Source: Lama glama
Taxonomy: Eukaryota
Length of the DNA stretch: 64,000 bases
Direction of reading: 5' to 3'
Assembly: GCA_028534125.1 (NCBI GenBank)
Contig: CM052817.1
Span: 99,636,001-99,700,000 of the forward strand
The notes beneath the pieces were generated by a model that saw nothing but the letters and a program-made list of their open reading frames with translations, made no database searches and had not been told where the DNA came from. Positions within the stretch are counted from its first letter, which is position 1. Every line of letters starts with the position of its first letter. This document shows positions 46,451 to 59,470 of this stretch, piece by piece. The position numbers were made by a program, and so were the translations under genes.

Positions 46451-47383
46451 AAACACAGAATCTCTTTGTTTCCCCAACTAAGAACCTGGGCATTTTGTTC
46501 AGAGATAGCCCAGAGCCCAGTACAGTATTTTACAGAAAGGAGGTTTTCAAATACTAGTTACATAAAAGGATGAAGGGAGGAAAGAATGTTTCAGTGCCAT
46601 TCTCTTTACCTCTTTCCAGCTATACGGCACAAAGGAACAAACAGTACACAAAGCAGGTAAATTGAAATGTTTCTCAGAGACAACAATTCAAGCTAAGCAA
46701 GCTCTGGAATGACATAGAGGGCAAAGCAAAATGGCAGCTGAGAGAAAAGAACAAGAGAGAGAGCAGGGGCAAGAAAGAAAAATGGAGAAGAAAGGACAGA
46801 CTAAAATCAAGAACTGGAGAATAAACAGGAAGAGAAAACACACAAATGTATGAGCCAGGATAACAGCAAGAGGACATAAAGGTCAAAAGAGTCAAAACAC
46901 TGCTTCCTGTCATTCCTCCAGACCCTTGGGAAGCAACTGTTCTGCAGCATGGAAATCCGACAAAATTTTTCTCATGAACGAGTTGAAATTTAAAACTTTT
47001 GTAGAGACCAGCCCATTCAAATGGAAAGAAAGTGGTATCTAAAGAAGACCATATGACCTCACTGTCCAGATCACTCCTGGCTGGACTTACTAGGGATGAG
47101 CACCTGACTTAAGAGCTGCCTAGCGGGTCATGGGGCAGTTGGCCTAGCATCTTATTCAACTGATGCACTAAATACTGGACAACCCAACAGACCCTTCTCC
47201 TGGGAAATCTGAACATGGGCCCTAATGGTATGTCAGTATGCAATCAACATTATTAAGTGCCCACCATGTTCTAGGCACTGTTCTAGGTACTGAAGATACG
47301 GCAGCACATGCAACACAACAGAGCCTGTGTTCTAGGAGTTTACATTCCAGTGGTGGAGAGAGACAGTAACCAGATGCAAAATA

Positions 47384-47558
47384 CAGCCCTCCCTCCGTAT
47401 CCATGTGGGTTTGTCCTAGGACCTCCACGGATACCAAAATCCATGGATGTTCAAGTTCCTTATATAAAATGGCCCCAGTAAGTCGACTCTCCATATCTGT
47501 CAGTTCCAATTCAACCAATCCCAGAGATGCAAAAACCCTGGTTACGGAGGGCCAACTG
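47384..47558. mobile_element. Tigger/MER2-like DNA transposon nested in a minus-strand L2
   Basis: TA-flanked inverted termini CAG...CCCTCCGTATCC / GGTTACGGAGGGCCAACTG. Confidence 0.8.
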
Positions 47559-48577
47559 TAAATGTTTATTATACTGTTAAGTACAAGAATGTCTGGTAAA
47601 GAAAAATAAAACAAAAGCAGCAGATAAGGTATCAGGGTGGGGGAATTCCACTTTAGATAGGGTGGTCAGGGAAGTATCTCTAAGGAGGTGACATTTAGAG
47701 AGGCCTGCATGAAAGAGCGAAGCAAGACAAATACCTGGGAAAGAACATTCCAGGTAGACAGAACAGCCAGTACAAAGGTTCTGAGGTGGGAGGGCACTAG
47801 GTGTGTGTGAGTTAGAACAGAGGTCACTACCGGAGTACTGTGAGCAGGGGGATTGGGTGAGAACTGAGAGGGGAGCAGCACCCTGGTAGGCCTCAGTAAG
47901 GACTACAAATTGTATTCTCAGTGGGATGAGAGGTCTGAAGGCAGGGTCAAGGAATAGAAGAATAGAAAATCCCACACCACAGCTCATGCGGGTATGCAGA
48001 GGCCATGAGGGAATTAGGATGGTAGAGAGCGTAGCTAGGATGGCAGCAGAAATAGACAAGAAGCAGAAATAATGAGACTCAATACAAATGAGCTAACAAG
48101 CAAAACACTAGAGGGCTTTGGTACCCAAACATCAGTGAGGAAGGTTTGATTCCATGAGGCTGTGTGCTGTTTCTGGTCTTTTCTGTCCCCTACCCGCACG
48201 ACCCTTATAATAAGGCCCCATTAACCAAGGTGAAGAAAGGCACAAGCCCAAGTTTTTTTACCATTTACTTTATAAATCATCTAGGACACCTACCTTACTT
48301 ATTTGCTTTTCCCCTTCTTACCCACAGCAATATTCTTCCCATTCCGTCATCCCATTTCTACTTCAAGGTCTTAATCTGTCCTCTGTACTTGGAAAATCCT
48401 TCTCTTATACACCTCAACCCACTTATTTCTGTCTGTTGATTAGAAAAGGAGGCAGTGAATATCTGAGAAACACACTGAAAGGACCCAAGGAAATGGTTTT
48501 AAAAACTAACAGGGAATGGGTGAAGTACATGGTATGCGAATTATATCTCAATAAAGCCGTTTAAAAAAAAAGAACAG

Positions 48578-50360
48578 AGATATATGCCCAGGAGAGGGAT
48601 TGCTGGATCATATGGTAAGTCTATTTTTAGTCTTGAGGAATGTCCAAACTGTTTTCCACAATGGCTGCACCAAACTACATTTCCACCAATACTGTAGGAG
48701 GGTTCCCTTTTCTCCACACCCTCTCCAGATTTATCATTCATGGACTTTTGAATGATGGCCATTCTAACTGTTGTGAGGTAATACCTCATTGTAGTTTTCA
48801 TTTGCACTTCTCTGATAATTAGCAATACTGAGCATTTTTTCATCGCCTATTGGCCACTTGTATGTCTTCACTGGAGAATTGCTTGTTTAGGTCTTCTGCC
48901 CATTTTTGGATTGGGTTGTTTGTTTTTTTGTCATTAAGTTGTATGAGCTGTTTATATATTCTGGAAATTAAACCCTTGTCAGTCTCATCTTTTGCAAACA
49001 CTTTCTCCCATTTCATAGATTGTCATTTAGCTTTGCTTATGGTTTCCTTTACTGTGCAAAACCTTGTAAGTTTAATTAGGTCTCATTTGATTATTTTTGC
49101 TTTTATTTCTATTGCCTGGGTAGACTGTCCTAGGAGAACGTTGCTGAGATTTATGTCGGATAATGTTTTGCCTATGTTTTCTTCTAAGAAGTTTATAGTG
49201 TCTTGTCTTATGTTTAAGTTTATTTTGAGTTTTGAGTGTATTTTTGTGTTTATTTTGAATTTATTTTTGTGTATGGTGTGAGGGAGTATTCTAACTTCAT
49301 TGATTTACATGCAGCTGTCCAGTTTTCCCAACAGAATTTGCTGGAGAGACTTCTTTATTCCATGTTCTTTCCTCCTTTGTCAAAGATTAATTGACCACAA
49401 GTTTGCAGGTTTATTTCTGGGCTCTCTATTCTGTTCCATTGATCCATATGTCTCTTTTTGTACCAATACCATGCTGTTTTGATTACTGTAGCTCTGTAGT
49501 ACTGTCTGAATCTGGGAGGGTTATTTCTCCAGCTTCATTCTTTTTCTTCAGTGTTGCTTTGGCAATTCTGGGTCTTTTGTGATTCCATGTAAATTTTAGG
49601 ATTATTTGTTCTAGTTCTGTGAAAAATGTCCTGGGTAATTTGATAGGGATCACATTAAATCTGTAATTACTTTGGGTAGAATGGCCATTTTAATAATATT
49701 AATTCTTCCAATCCAAGAACATGGAATGTCTTTCCATTTCTTGAACCTTAATTCAAAAAGATACACACACCTCAATGTTCACAGCAGCACTATTTACAAT
49801 ACCCAAGACATGGAAACAACCTCAATGTCCATCTACAGACAACTGGATAAAGAAGTTGTGGTATATTTATACAATGGAATACTACTCAGCCATAAAGAAA
49901 TAATAAAATAATGCCATTTGCAGCAACATGGATGGACCTGGAGATTGTCATTCTAAGAGAAGACAGAAAGAGAAAGAAAAATACCACATGATATCACTTA
50001 CATGTGGAACCTGAAAAAATAAAACAAAAAAAGACAAATGAACCTATTTACAAAACAGAAACTGACAGACATAGAAAACAACCTTATGGCTCTGGGGAGG
50101 AAAGGGGTGGGAAGGGATAAATTGGAAGTTTGAGATTTGCAGATACTAATATATATATAATAGATAAACAGTAAGTTCATACTGTATAGCACAGGGAACT
50201 ATATTCAATTTCCTGTAGTAATTTATGGTGAAAAAGAATATGAAAATGAATATATGTATGTTCATGTATGGCTGAAGCATTATGCTGTACACTAGAAATT
50301 AACACAACATTGTTAAATGACTATACTTTAATAAAAATACACAGAGAATAAAAAAACAAC
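48578..50360. mobile_element. L1 with 5' inversion: minus-strand ORF2 segment ~48578-49742 followed by plus-strand 3' end ~49743-50360
   Basis: Orientation switches near 49742; the two segments are adjacent in L1 sequence by comparison with 3980-4050 and 34510-34580. Confidence 0.88.
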
Positions 50361-51909
50361 AAGAACAACAACAAAGAATTTTTTCTCCCACTTAAACAAA
50401 AAACAACTAGTCTGCAGTATATTTAGGGCTTTCTAAAGATCCTCTAAATAATTCTTGTGACAATATTTCAAAAAAGGCTCAAACCAACTATATACATTTT
50501 CTATTCCAACTGCTAAAACACAAAATACAAAACTTAACCCAATATATGAATATAGCACCTGGAGGACACATTACTAGAGGACAAAAGAAATCAATAAACA
50601 TTTGTATTCACAAAACTAAAATGTCACACTTACTGGTAAGGAATTTTGTCCATGACACCACCACTGACCAAATGAGAAGAAATTAACAGGAACATCTTTA
50701 TACTCTATTTTGGAGCGGGGCTCAACAGCAGTTCTGCCTTAAAAACCTATTTTAATTTGCAGAATTGTTTATTCCTTGGAATATCTGGTTTTAATATGCT
50801 CCAATTTTCATTTTCTTGTTTTGAGTAATTTTAATTAAGGTGGGATTTCCTAGGGTTACGTTTAACAAATAAAGCTATATGCTAAGGTTGTTGAAAATCC
50901 AATCAGAAAATTTTTTCCTTAAAAGTGAGGAAATACAGTTATTTCCAGATCTTCTATTTACATAACAGATAGACTATTTAAAGTAATCACCCATTTTTTA
51001 TTTCACTAAATTGTAAAGTCACCCCCCAAATACGGCAATATTATAGAAAAAGGATTCAGAATAACAAAACGTAGATATTATATATTCTTGTATTATTTCA
51101 ACAACAGGTATTTTATCTTTTCAGATGCTTGGCTTCATTCTAAAGCTATAATATTCTCTATACCAAGCCTGATTATGCTCAGTTTATTTATATACTAGAA
51201 ATCAGCTGCCTGAGAATTTTGTTAAACATGTTCCTTCTTCAGGAAGGAGAGAAAGGGAAGGAGTCATTCAAAATAAGAAGAGAGTAGATTAATTTTATCC
51301 CCTACAATCAGTAAATGAGAGGAAATATTCACTATCATAAGAAGAAAAAAAAAGACTGAAATCTTTAATGGGAAATTCAATTGCTTTTCAGGATAATTAC
51401 CTCTACTGACTCAAATTCTCTCCCCAGCATCTTCTACCATGCAAGTCTTTACTTCCTATCTCCATGTGGTTGGAATGAAGTGACTGGGGTCTGGTCCCAT
51501 GGCTCTTTTTACCACTCTTATGACACCTAGCCCACACTGTCTTGTACCATAATTAACTATGAACACCAAGGCATAAAAAGAATAGGATAGGAAGAGAGCC
51601 TAAGGCTCCAAAATGCTAAAGAGGTATCTTGATTTTAGTGGAAATTAGTGAGAAGAGAACAGATTCTAGACACAGTAGGGTAGTAGAACTGAGATAACAT
51701 TCAGATTGAATTCGGATGTGATTCAATGGATTGGACGTGGGTGGTGGGAATGAGGGGAGGGATGGCTGGGATAGGAGGATGGAAAAGATAAGGATTTTAA
51801 AAGAGAAATCAAGAATGATTTCTAGGTTTTTGGCCTGAGGACGGCCATACTATTAAACAAAATGACAAAGGCTGAAGGAGGAACAGATTTACTGGGCTAT
51901 CAAATCAAA

Positions 51910-52230
51910 AGAAAGGCGGAGTAACAGCCCCCAAGGGTGTCCCTGTCTAACCCCAGAACCTGTGAGTATGTTACCTTACCTGGTAAAAGCAACTCTGCAC
52001 ATGTGATTAAGCTAAGTATTTTCAAGATGCGGAGGTTATCCTGGATTATCTGGGTAGGCTTAATATGATCACAAATCTTTTTTAAGAGGAATGCAGGAGA
52101 GCTGGAGTCAGAGATGTTTACGAGACTATGCAGAAGACAGAAGAATGGAAGGAGAAGAGAGGAACAAAAAGACTATGCTGCTGGCATTGAGGATGGAGAA
52201 AGGGGCCACAAGCCAAGAAATGCAATATAC
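51910..52230 (+). mobile_element. MaLR LTR (MLT1D-like), partial
   Basis: CCCCAGAACCTGTGAGTATGTTACCTTAC...GAGGTTATCCTGGATTATCTGGGT. Confidence 0.75.
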
Positions 52231-52244
52231 CTCTGACTCCTTTT

Positions 52245-52423
52245 TATTTTTTTTAGTTTTTTTGGGGGGGGGGTATAATCACTTTATTTATTTACGTATG
52301 TATGTATGTATGTATGTATGTATGTATGTATGTATTTATTTAAATGGTGGTACTGGGGATTTGAACCCAGAGCCTCATGCATGCTAAGCATGCTCTCTAC
52401 CACTGAGCTATACCCTTCCCCCT
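52245..52423 (-). mobile_element. tRNA-derived SINE (Vic-1-like) with (TATG)n
   Basis: Reverse complement of the 30800 element; TSD CCTCTGACTCCTTTT at 52230-52244 and 52424-52438. Confidence 0.9.
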
Positions 52424-54524
52424 CCTCTGACTCCTTTTAAAATGTTTATACAAATGTAGTTTTTTCAAACCTGTTTTTTTTTCCCTTTAATTAGCTTGCT
52501 TTTAAAAATTAGCTTATGATAACAGAAATCTGTGGTTACAACAACTGCAAAGCTTCAGAGTTGAGACTTCTGATCCCTTTTATTAAAAATTCCATGTAAG
52601 TAGGCTAGATAAAAAGGAAGGATAGCAGTTGGTTGATCAAAGAAGGTTTGTGTCAATGAATTTTAAATAATGAAAACATTTTGGCCTGAAAAGTTAAAAT
52701 CATCAGAGTGTCTTCAAAGGCAAGTGTTTGGATTTTAGGAGAAATCGCCTATACTCCTATGACTTCAATGAAGCTATTTTTATTTCTGAAACAGAGAGCT
52801 AACATGAAAGACCTAGAGGATATGGTATTTTTAAAAATGCATTTGTTTTACACTCTTTTTGTCCAGAAGCTGCTGAGTTGCTATCATAAAGAAAAATGTT
52901 AGCTTAACTTAAAGAGGTCCAATAAATGACTAGTTCCAAAAATGAGTACATTTTAAACTTCTAAAAACAGTTCGCAGAAAAAGTAAAACAAAACCAAAGT
53001 GACCAGCCTTTCGTTGGAGCCCATCTGGCTTAGTCAAGCCCTTGGAAGAAGGAGCAATCCACTGAACATCAGGATGGGGGAGCAGAGCATTCTGCCATTG
53101 GACCATGCTCAATCCTGCACACAGCCAGCTTTGCACAGTACTTTTCAGCAAGTGTTGAGTCTCTACAAGTGAAAGACATCTACCAAATACTACATGAGTT
53201 CATAAAATATGCTCTAGAAAAATCTTTCTAGAAGATTTTTGTTATTATGTTATTCCAGCCATGAATGTAAACTAAGTATATACAAGACAGACCTGGGGAT
53301 ACTCAGGAAAAAAAATAAAGGAAAAAAAGGTGCAAGGCCATGCTAAGAAATTTTGAGCTTTAAGGGGAGGATAAAATAAGACACTGAAAGGTTTTACTGC
53401 AGAGGAATAAAATGATCAGTTTGCATTTTAGATGAATCACTTTGGTGGTTATGTAGAGAATGGACTAGAGAGAAACAAGCCAGGAGGTAGAGAGGCTAAT
53501 TAGTTACAAGGCTGTCGTGAATGGTGAGAGATGCCTGGACCAGGATGGTAGCCATGAGGATAGAGAGAAAAGGACTGAGTCAAGGGCTAGGTATGGGATA
53601 TATTCAATAGACTCTGGTAACTGACTGATTGGATATAAGTAGTCACGGTAAGGGAGAATTTCATCCAGGTTTCTGGCTTGGGCAACCTGAGTTGCATCAT
53701 TCTGTGAAATATGGAACCTTGGAGAAGATAACTTAGGGATGAGAATTTTAAGTTAAACACATCAAGAGTGTATAAAAAAGAAATTCAAACAGACATTACA
53801 TTTTTACAATAGTATTTATTAAAGAAGCAAGTTGATAAAATTAGAATATATTCCAAAAGCTCAATGGGCCAACTTCTAGTTACTCATTAGTTGCACAGAG
53901 TTCATAAAAGATACAATACACAAAGAATTCTAAAAATAAGTTTTTGCCATTAGTTTCAGTCTGCTCACTCTAGTTAACCTCTGAGAAGGCTGTGGTGGAT
54001 GATGCTGTTACCAGTGTTTCACAGCCCTCCCTGCAGAAGGATTATCCACCCACTCAAGGTACCAGGTGACTTGCAGGACCTCCTACAGAAGGATTATACC
54101 CTCCTGCATCACTAACATCAAGTTGGCAAAAGAAATGTGAATAGAAGTAATATATGCCACTTCTGAGCCTAAGTTTTAAAAGCTGGCACATGGTTTGTCC
54201 ACTGCTCTTTTTCCCAGTTAGGGATTGCTCCTCCCGCCAGGATCCCAGAATGAAGAAGACAAGTGAGGCTGAGCTATAGCTCACCAGTTGAATATAACCA
54301 TTACATGATACTGAGCTTTACAGATTGTTGGAACCACAGCATTAACAACGAAATATGCCAGACTTGGGATGGATGTAGGTGTCTAACAAACAGCAATGTG
54401 TGATTTGTGTTTCCTCTCTTTCAGTTGAATTTTTCTGGCAATCTGACAGCAAAAAAGAAATAGTTAGCCCAAGTATCCAAAACTAAAACAAAGAATTTTT
54501 AACTTGAAAGAAAACTTAATAGAG

Positions 54525-54711
54525 CTAAACAGTAATTATTTCAGGCTCACATGGACTCTGTTGCAACTACTCAATTCTGCAGACATCATACAAAAGCAGC
54601 CATGGATAGTATGTAAATGAATGAGCTTGGCTGTGTTCCAACAAAACTTTATTTACAAAAACAGGCAGCGAGCCAGATTGGGTCCACAGGGTTACAGTTT
54701 CCAGACCCCTG
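54525..54711 (+). mobile_element. MER58A-like DNA transposon
   Basis: CTCTGTTGCAACTACTCAA...GGCTGTGTTCCAACAAAACTTTATTTACAAAAACAGGC...GACCCCTG. Confidence 0.8.
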
Positions 54712-56479
54712 GCCTTCATATTGTCAATGAGGAAGCTGACACCCAGAGAGATTAAATCAAGGACAGACAGCTGGTTAGTGGCAAGTTTAGCATTAAAATG
54801 CAGGTCTTGTGAATGTAATGTTCTAGAATAGGTTCTGCTGGGTCACAAGATGGAGATGAAATACACAGGAAAAAATAAGGCAGAGAATGCTAAGGGTAGG
54901 TTTTGATTAGTTAAACAGCTTTCAATGTCATAAGATGGAATAGGTGAATGAATGATAAATTAGCCAGTGTTTCAAAAATGATCTTCAGAGGAAACATAAT
55001 TTTACACTTCCTACTATCATTTCCTCCAAAACTTTATCATTTCTTTTATCAACAGGACAGCATTTGCTCTGATCACAGTAGTAACCTATCTGAAGGCAAA
55101 ACAAGTTTTTTAAAAAAACCACAAAATAAGCAAAAAATACACTAGACCAGCAGGCAATTATTTCATATGGTATTTTAAATTTATTTTCCTTTCTTTTAAT
55201 TTCCAAAGTAATATTCATTGGAGGAAACTCAATACAGAAGTATATAAAGTGACACACTCAATGCCCTCCTCAATTCCACTCCCCAGTGTTAACATGTGAC
55301 TGATTTATAACAGAACATTGCAATAAAGCTACTTTCTCTGAGTCATTCTTTCAAAAACAAAGAGGAATATGGGTTCCCCTGGCCAGATACCCTTTGGAAA
55401 TCATGTTTTAAAAGGCAACAGACAGTTTAGGGGTTGTCTGTGGCCTAGAATTGAGAAAAGCAAGCTGCCTCTGCAGGATTTAAATGGAAGGTCTTGATCC
55501 CAGCACTGTAACCAGATGAGTGAGGCTCCTCAAATACCTTGATAATGCTACTGTAGGATACATGAACACTTCAAAAATGCCTAAGAATATCCATAACTTC
55601 TCTTTTGGTATTTTACTGGGAAAACTTGGGCCTATTTGCTTATAAAAAGATCAACAATCTCAACCAGTCTTTCCTTTTTTTTAATCTGTACTTGGGTGAC
55701 ATCAGTGACAGTGGGGCAGAATAAAGAACTCCAAAAGTCTGTCCTCCATAAAAGCAATTAAAAACTGGCAGAATCAACTTTTTTGGAACTCTGAAAATTA
55801 ACCAAAAGTTTGCAACAACCACTTGATGCATTTAAGTACAGTAAAACACTTAAGAAAAACTAGCTGGGTTTTGGTTAGAGTAGTGAGCTTTGTGGCATTT
55901 TAACTTACCCTGGTCCCATCCTCCTTTCGCTAGCTCAGTGGTAGCCTTGAAAATAACAGCCTGCTTTCCTGGTACCAGTACCAGTACCAGAGGGTGCAGA
56001 ACAGACCTCATTCTTCACCAAAGATGACCTAATGTTTATGCCAGTTATAAACGTCTGGTTTTTGAAGTGAAGAAAAAAAAGTGAATGAAGAGCCGTAAGT
56101 AGTAAAACATCCTTCTTTCTTTTGGATGAGCTGTATTCCACTACATATATATGCTGCACCTTCTTTATCCATTCATCTACTGATGTGCACTTAAGATGCT
56201 TCCATTATCTTGGCACTTACAAATAATGTTGCTGTTAATAGCAGGGTGTATGTATCTTTTTGAATTAATTCTTATTTTGTGGCTGGTTTTATTTCTTTGA
56301 TAACTATGTAAGTTTAAAAAGCTAAAGCTCTAAACGTTCTTAGAAACAATGAACAGTATATAAATATGTAAATTTAAAAAATAGGTGCAGCATATTGTGT
56401 ATATGTATTTACATGCAATATATTGTGTATGTGCAGTCAAATGGTAACAATTCTACCTAATAAAACTGAAAAATGGAAT

Positions 56480-57551
56480 GGGAGGCAAGATGGCGGAGTA
56501 GAAGGATGCTTGTAAGTCACCCTCTCCCACAAATACACCAAGATCCACATCTACAGACTCACTCAGCCAACCAGAGCACCTGCGGAACTCCGACAGAACA
56601 TCGCCCTCTTCAAAAGATAAAGGTGCCAAAAATCTGGTAGGAGAAAAGGAAAAAAGAAACAACAAAAGGCAAAGCAGCGCGGGAAGGGTCCCGCGGGGAG
56701 GGAGCGGCAAAGGAGGACTGGCGCTCGCTCGCTGGGTCTCCCCTCTCCAACTGAGAGGCCAGCGGGACGGAGGGGGAGCCTCCGAGACTCGGATCTGTAC
56801 AGAGCAGCCCTTGTCTGACAGAACTAAGTTAAACGGGCACAGAGCGTCCCCCCGACACCCAGCCTGAGACACCGGCCGGCAGCGGCGGGCAGGGCCAGGC
56901 TGCACAAGCCGGGCNNNNNNNNNNNNNNNNNNNNNNNNNNNNNNNNNNNNNNNNNNNNNNNNNNNNNNNNNNNNNNNNNNNNNNNNNNNNNNNNNNNNNN
57001 NNNNNNNNNNNNNNNNNNNNNNNNNNNNNNNNNNNNNNNNNNNNNNNNNNNNNNNNNNNNNNNNNNNNNNNNNNNNNNNNNNNNNNNNNNNNNNNNNNNN
57101 NNNNNNNNNNNNNNNNNNNNNNNNNNNNNNNNNNNNNNNNNNNNNNNNNNNNNNNNNNNNNNNNNNNNNNNNNNNNNNNNNNNNNNNNNNNNNNNNNNNN
57201 NNNNNNNNNNNNNNNNNNNNNNNNNNNNNNNNNNNNNNNNNNNNNNNNNNNNNNNNNNNNNNNNNNNNNNNNNNNNNNNNNNNNNNNNNNNNNNNNNNNN
57301 NNNNNNNNNNNNNNNNNNNNNNNNNNNNNNNNNNNNNNNNNNNNNNNNNNNNNNNNNNNNNNNNNNNNNNNNNNNNNNNNNNNNNNNNNNNNNNNNNNNN
57401 NNNNNNNNNNNNNNATGATAAATCACAGAGAAAAAGATGTGACAATGAGTGTGTATATGTCCATGAATGACTGCAAAATTGTGCTGAACACTGGAATTTG
57501 ACACAACATTGTAAAATGATTATAAATCAATAAAAAATGTTAAAAAAAAAC
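56480..57551 (+). mobile_element. Probable full-length young L1: CpG-rich 5'UTR (56480-56914), gap, 3' end with A-tail (57415-57551)
   Basis: Begins GGGAGGCAAGATGGCGGAG; TSD CTGAAAAATGRAAT at 56466-56479 and 57552-57565. Confidence 0.85.
56915..57414. other. Assembly gap (500 N)
   Basis: N run. Confidence 1.
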
Positions 57552-57589
57552 CTGAAAAATGAAATAAGTAAATAAAAAGATGACCTAAT

Positions 57590-58345
57590 GGATGGTAATT
57601 AACCACATGAAAAGATGTTCAGCATTGTTATCCACTAAGGAAATGCACATCAAAGCCATAATGAAATATCACTACACATCTATCAGAAAGGCTAAAACAA
57701 AAACAAACAAGAAAAACCTGACAGTACCAAGTACTGGTGAGTATGTGGACCAACTGGAACTCTTACCCATTGCTGATGATAATGCAAAATGGTATAAGCA
57801 CCACTCTGGAAAACAGTGTGGCAGTTTCTTATAAAGTTAAATATACACATATGGTCCAGCAAACAAATACCCTGGTGCTTAAACCAGAGAAATAAAAAAC
57901 TTATGTTTATGCAAAAAACCTGTATACAAATATTTATAGCACCTTATTCATAAATACTAAAAACTGAAAACAACCTAAACATCCTTCATTCGGGGTAAAT
58001 GGATAAAAAACTGATGCATTCACGCGATGGAGTACTATTCAGCAGTAACACGGAACAAACTATTGATACACGGAACAACATGAATGAATCTGCACAGCAG
58101 CGTGCTGGGTGAAATAATTCCATTTGTATCATATTCTGGAAAAGGCAAAACTAGAGACATAGAACAACAGTTCAGTGGTTGCCAGGGGTTAAGGGTGTAG
58201 AGAAGGTCTGACTGCAAGGGGTAGCACAGGAATTTCAAGAGGATGAAACTGTTCTATATTCTGACTATGGAGGTGGTCACATCAATCTACACCTGTATTT
58301 AAGCTCACGGACCTCTGTACCCAAAAGAAGACAACTTTGTTGTAT
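57590..58345 (+). mobile_element. Old L1 (L1MC-like) 3' end
   Basis: ORF 57592..57834 (HMKRCS...EMHIK...YHYT) plus 3'UTR-like sequence. Confidence 0.8.
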
Positions 58346-58839
58346 GTAAATTTAAAAATCAAAGGAGAAAAAAAAAAAAAAAGACCTCAGGGGTTCAAGT
58401 CCCAGCTCTAGTTCTCTCTGCCCCATTTTTCTTATCTTAAAAACAGAAACCGACTTAATGATTGTTAGATTCCACGAGTTCCTGACATAGGTTAAGCACT
58501 AACTCGTGACTGAAAAATAAAATGTTTTATTCAGACGTGCTAAACGGTTGGTACTTTGTAAAAACCTACTGCAGGAGTTAAGAAATCTAGTTTTCAACGA
58601 ACAAAGCAAAGGATTACAGGACACTGGAATTAAAACCCCCAATTCTTCATTACTTTCATTAAACATTCACTGGAAACCTAGGAGGTGATGAGGTTTACAA
58701 AATCCTTGCGCTCAAGTTTTGTCGCAACTGCTACATCACTTTACTGGCTCCGATATTTAATACTAATAGCAAACGCGCTGTAATTAAGGTTTAATACCAC
58801 ATGATTGGTATCACTGTCCCTTTCCTGGGGAGGGTGTCA

Positions 58840-59470
58840 ACGGGCCAGCTCCTCGTCCCCAGGCAGGGCACGTCAGCAGCGCTGGGCCTGGCGCTCACGT
58901 CACCAGCCGGGTCATCCCTCCTCAGAAAGAGCTCTGGCAACGCCCACCCTCCACCCATTCCACACAGACATGGGGGGTTTGGCGCTTTTTAAGCAGCAGC
59001 TGCTGCTCTGACTAACGGCGCCTCTCATCTTCCCACTCTCTCTCTTTACCTGAAAAGCAGCCTCCTTTCCATGGCCAGACGTCCAAACGCAAACTCGAAC
59101 TTTCACGTCCGATTCAACAGAGACCCAAGATGGCGGAGCCGTCGGGCCAGGAGTGGTCGCGCGACGCTCAGAGGGAGCAACTGCGGCTGCGCGTGGAGCC
59201 TGGGGGCCGCCTCCGGGGGGGGCCACCTCCGGGGGCCGCCTCCAGGGTGGGGGGGGCCGCCTCCAGGGTGGGGGGGGGCCGCCTCCGGGTGGGGGGCCGC
59301 CTCCAGGGGGAGGACCCCTGCACTGTCAAGGGTTCCAGGCCCTGCGGGGCTGCTTCACTGCCGCGGCGGCCAAGAACACTCTACAGGGAGGCAGTTAGGA
59401 AGGACTCCTGGCGCTGGACTTGACATCCATTTGCTGCCCCCCTAGCCCAGAGCCTGCCGCCAGCTGTACG
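58840..59470. promoter_or_regulatory. CpG island / putative promoter with YY1 motif (AAGATGGCGG 59127-59136) and minus-strand splice donor at 59049
   Basis: High GC and CpG density in an AT-rich background; minus strand reads TTTTCAG|GTAAAG. Confidence 0.65.
59202..59310. repeat. G-rich minisatellite, 6 copies of G(n)CCRCCTCC with variable spacers
   Basis: Direct reading of tandem units. Confidence 0.9.

Noticed and set aside
59071..59445. Plus-strand ORFs (MAEPSGQ..., Gly/Pro-rich) at the CpG island
   Set aside because: Open frames are explained by GC richness and the minisatellite; no convincing downstream exons or known protein similarity
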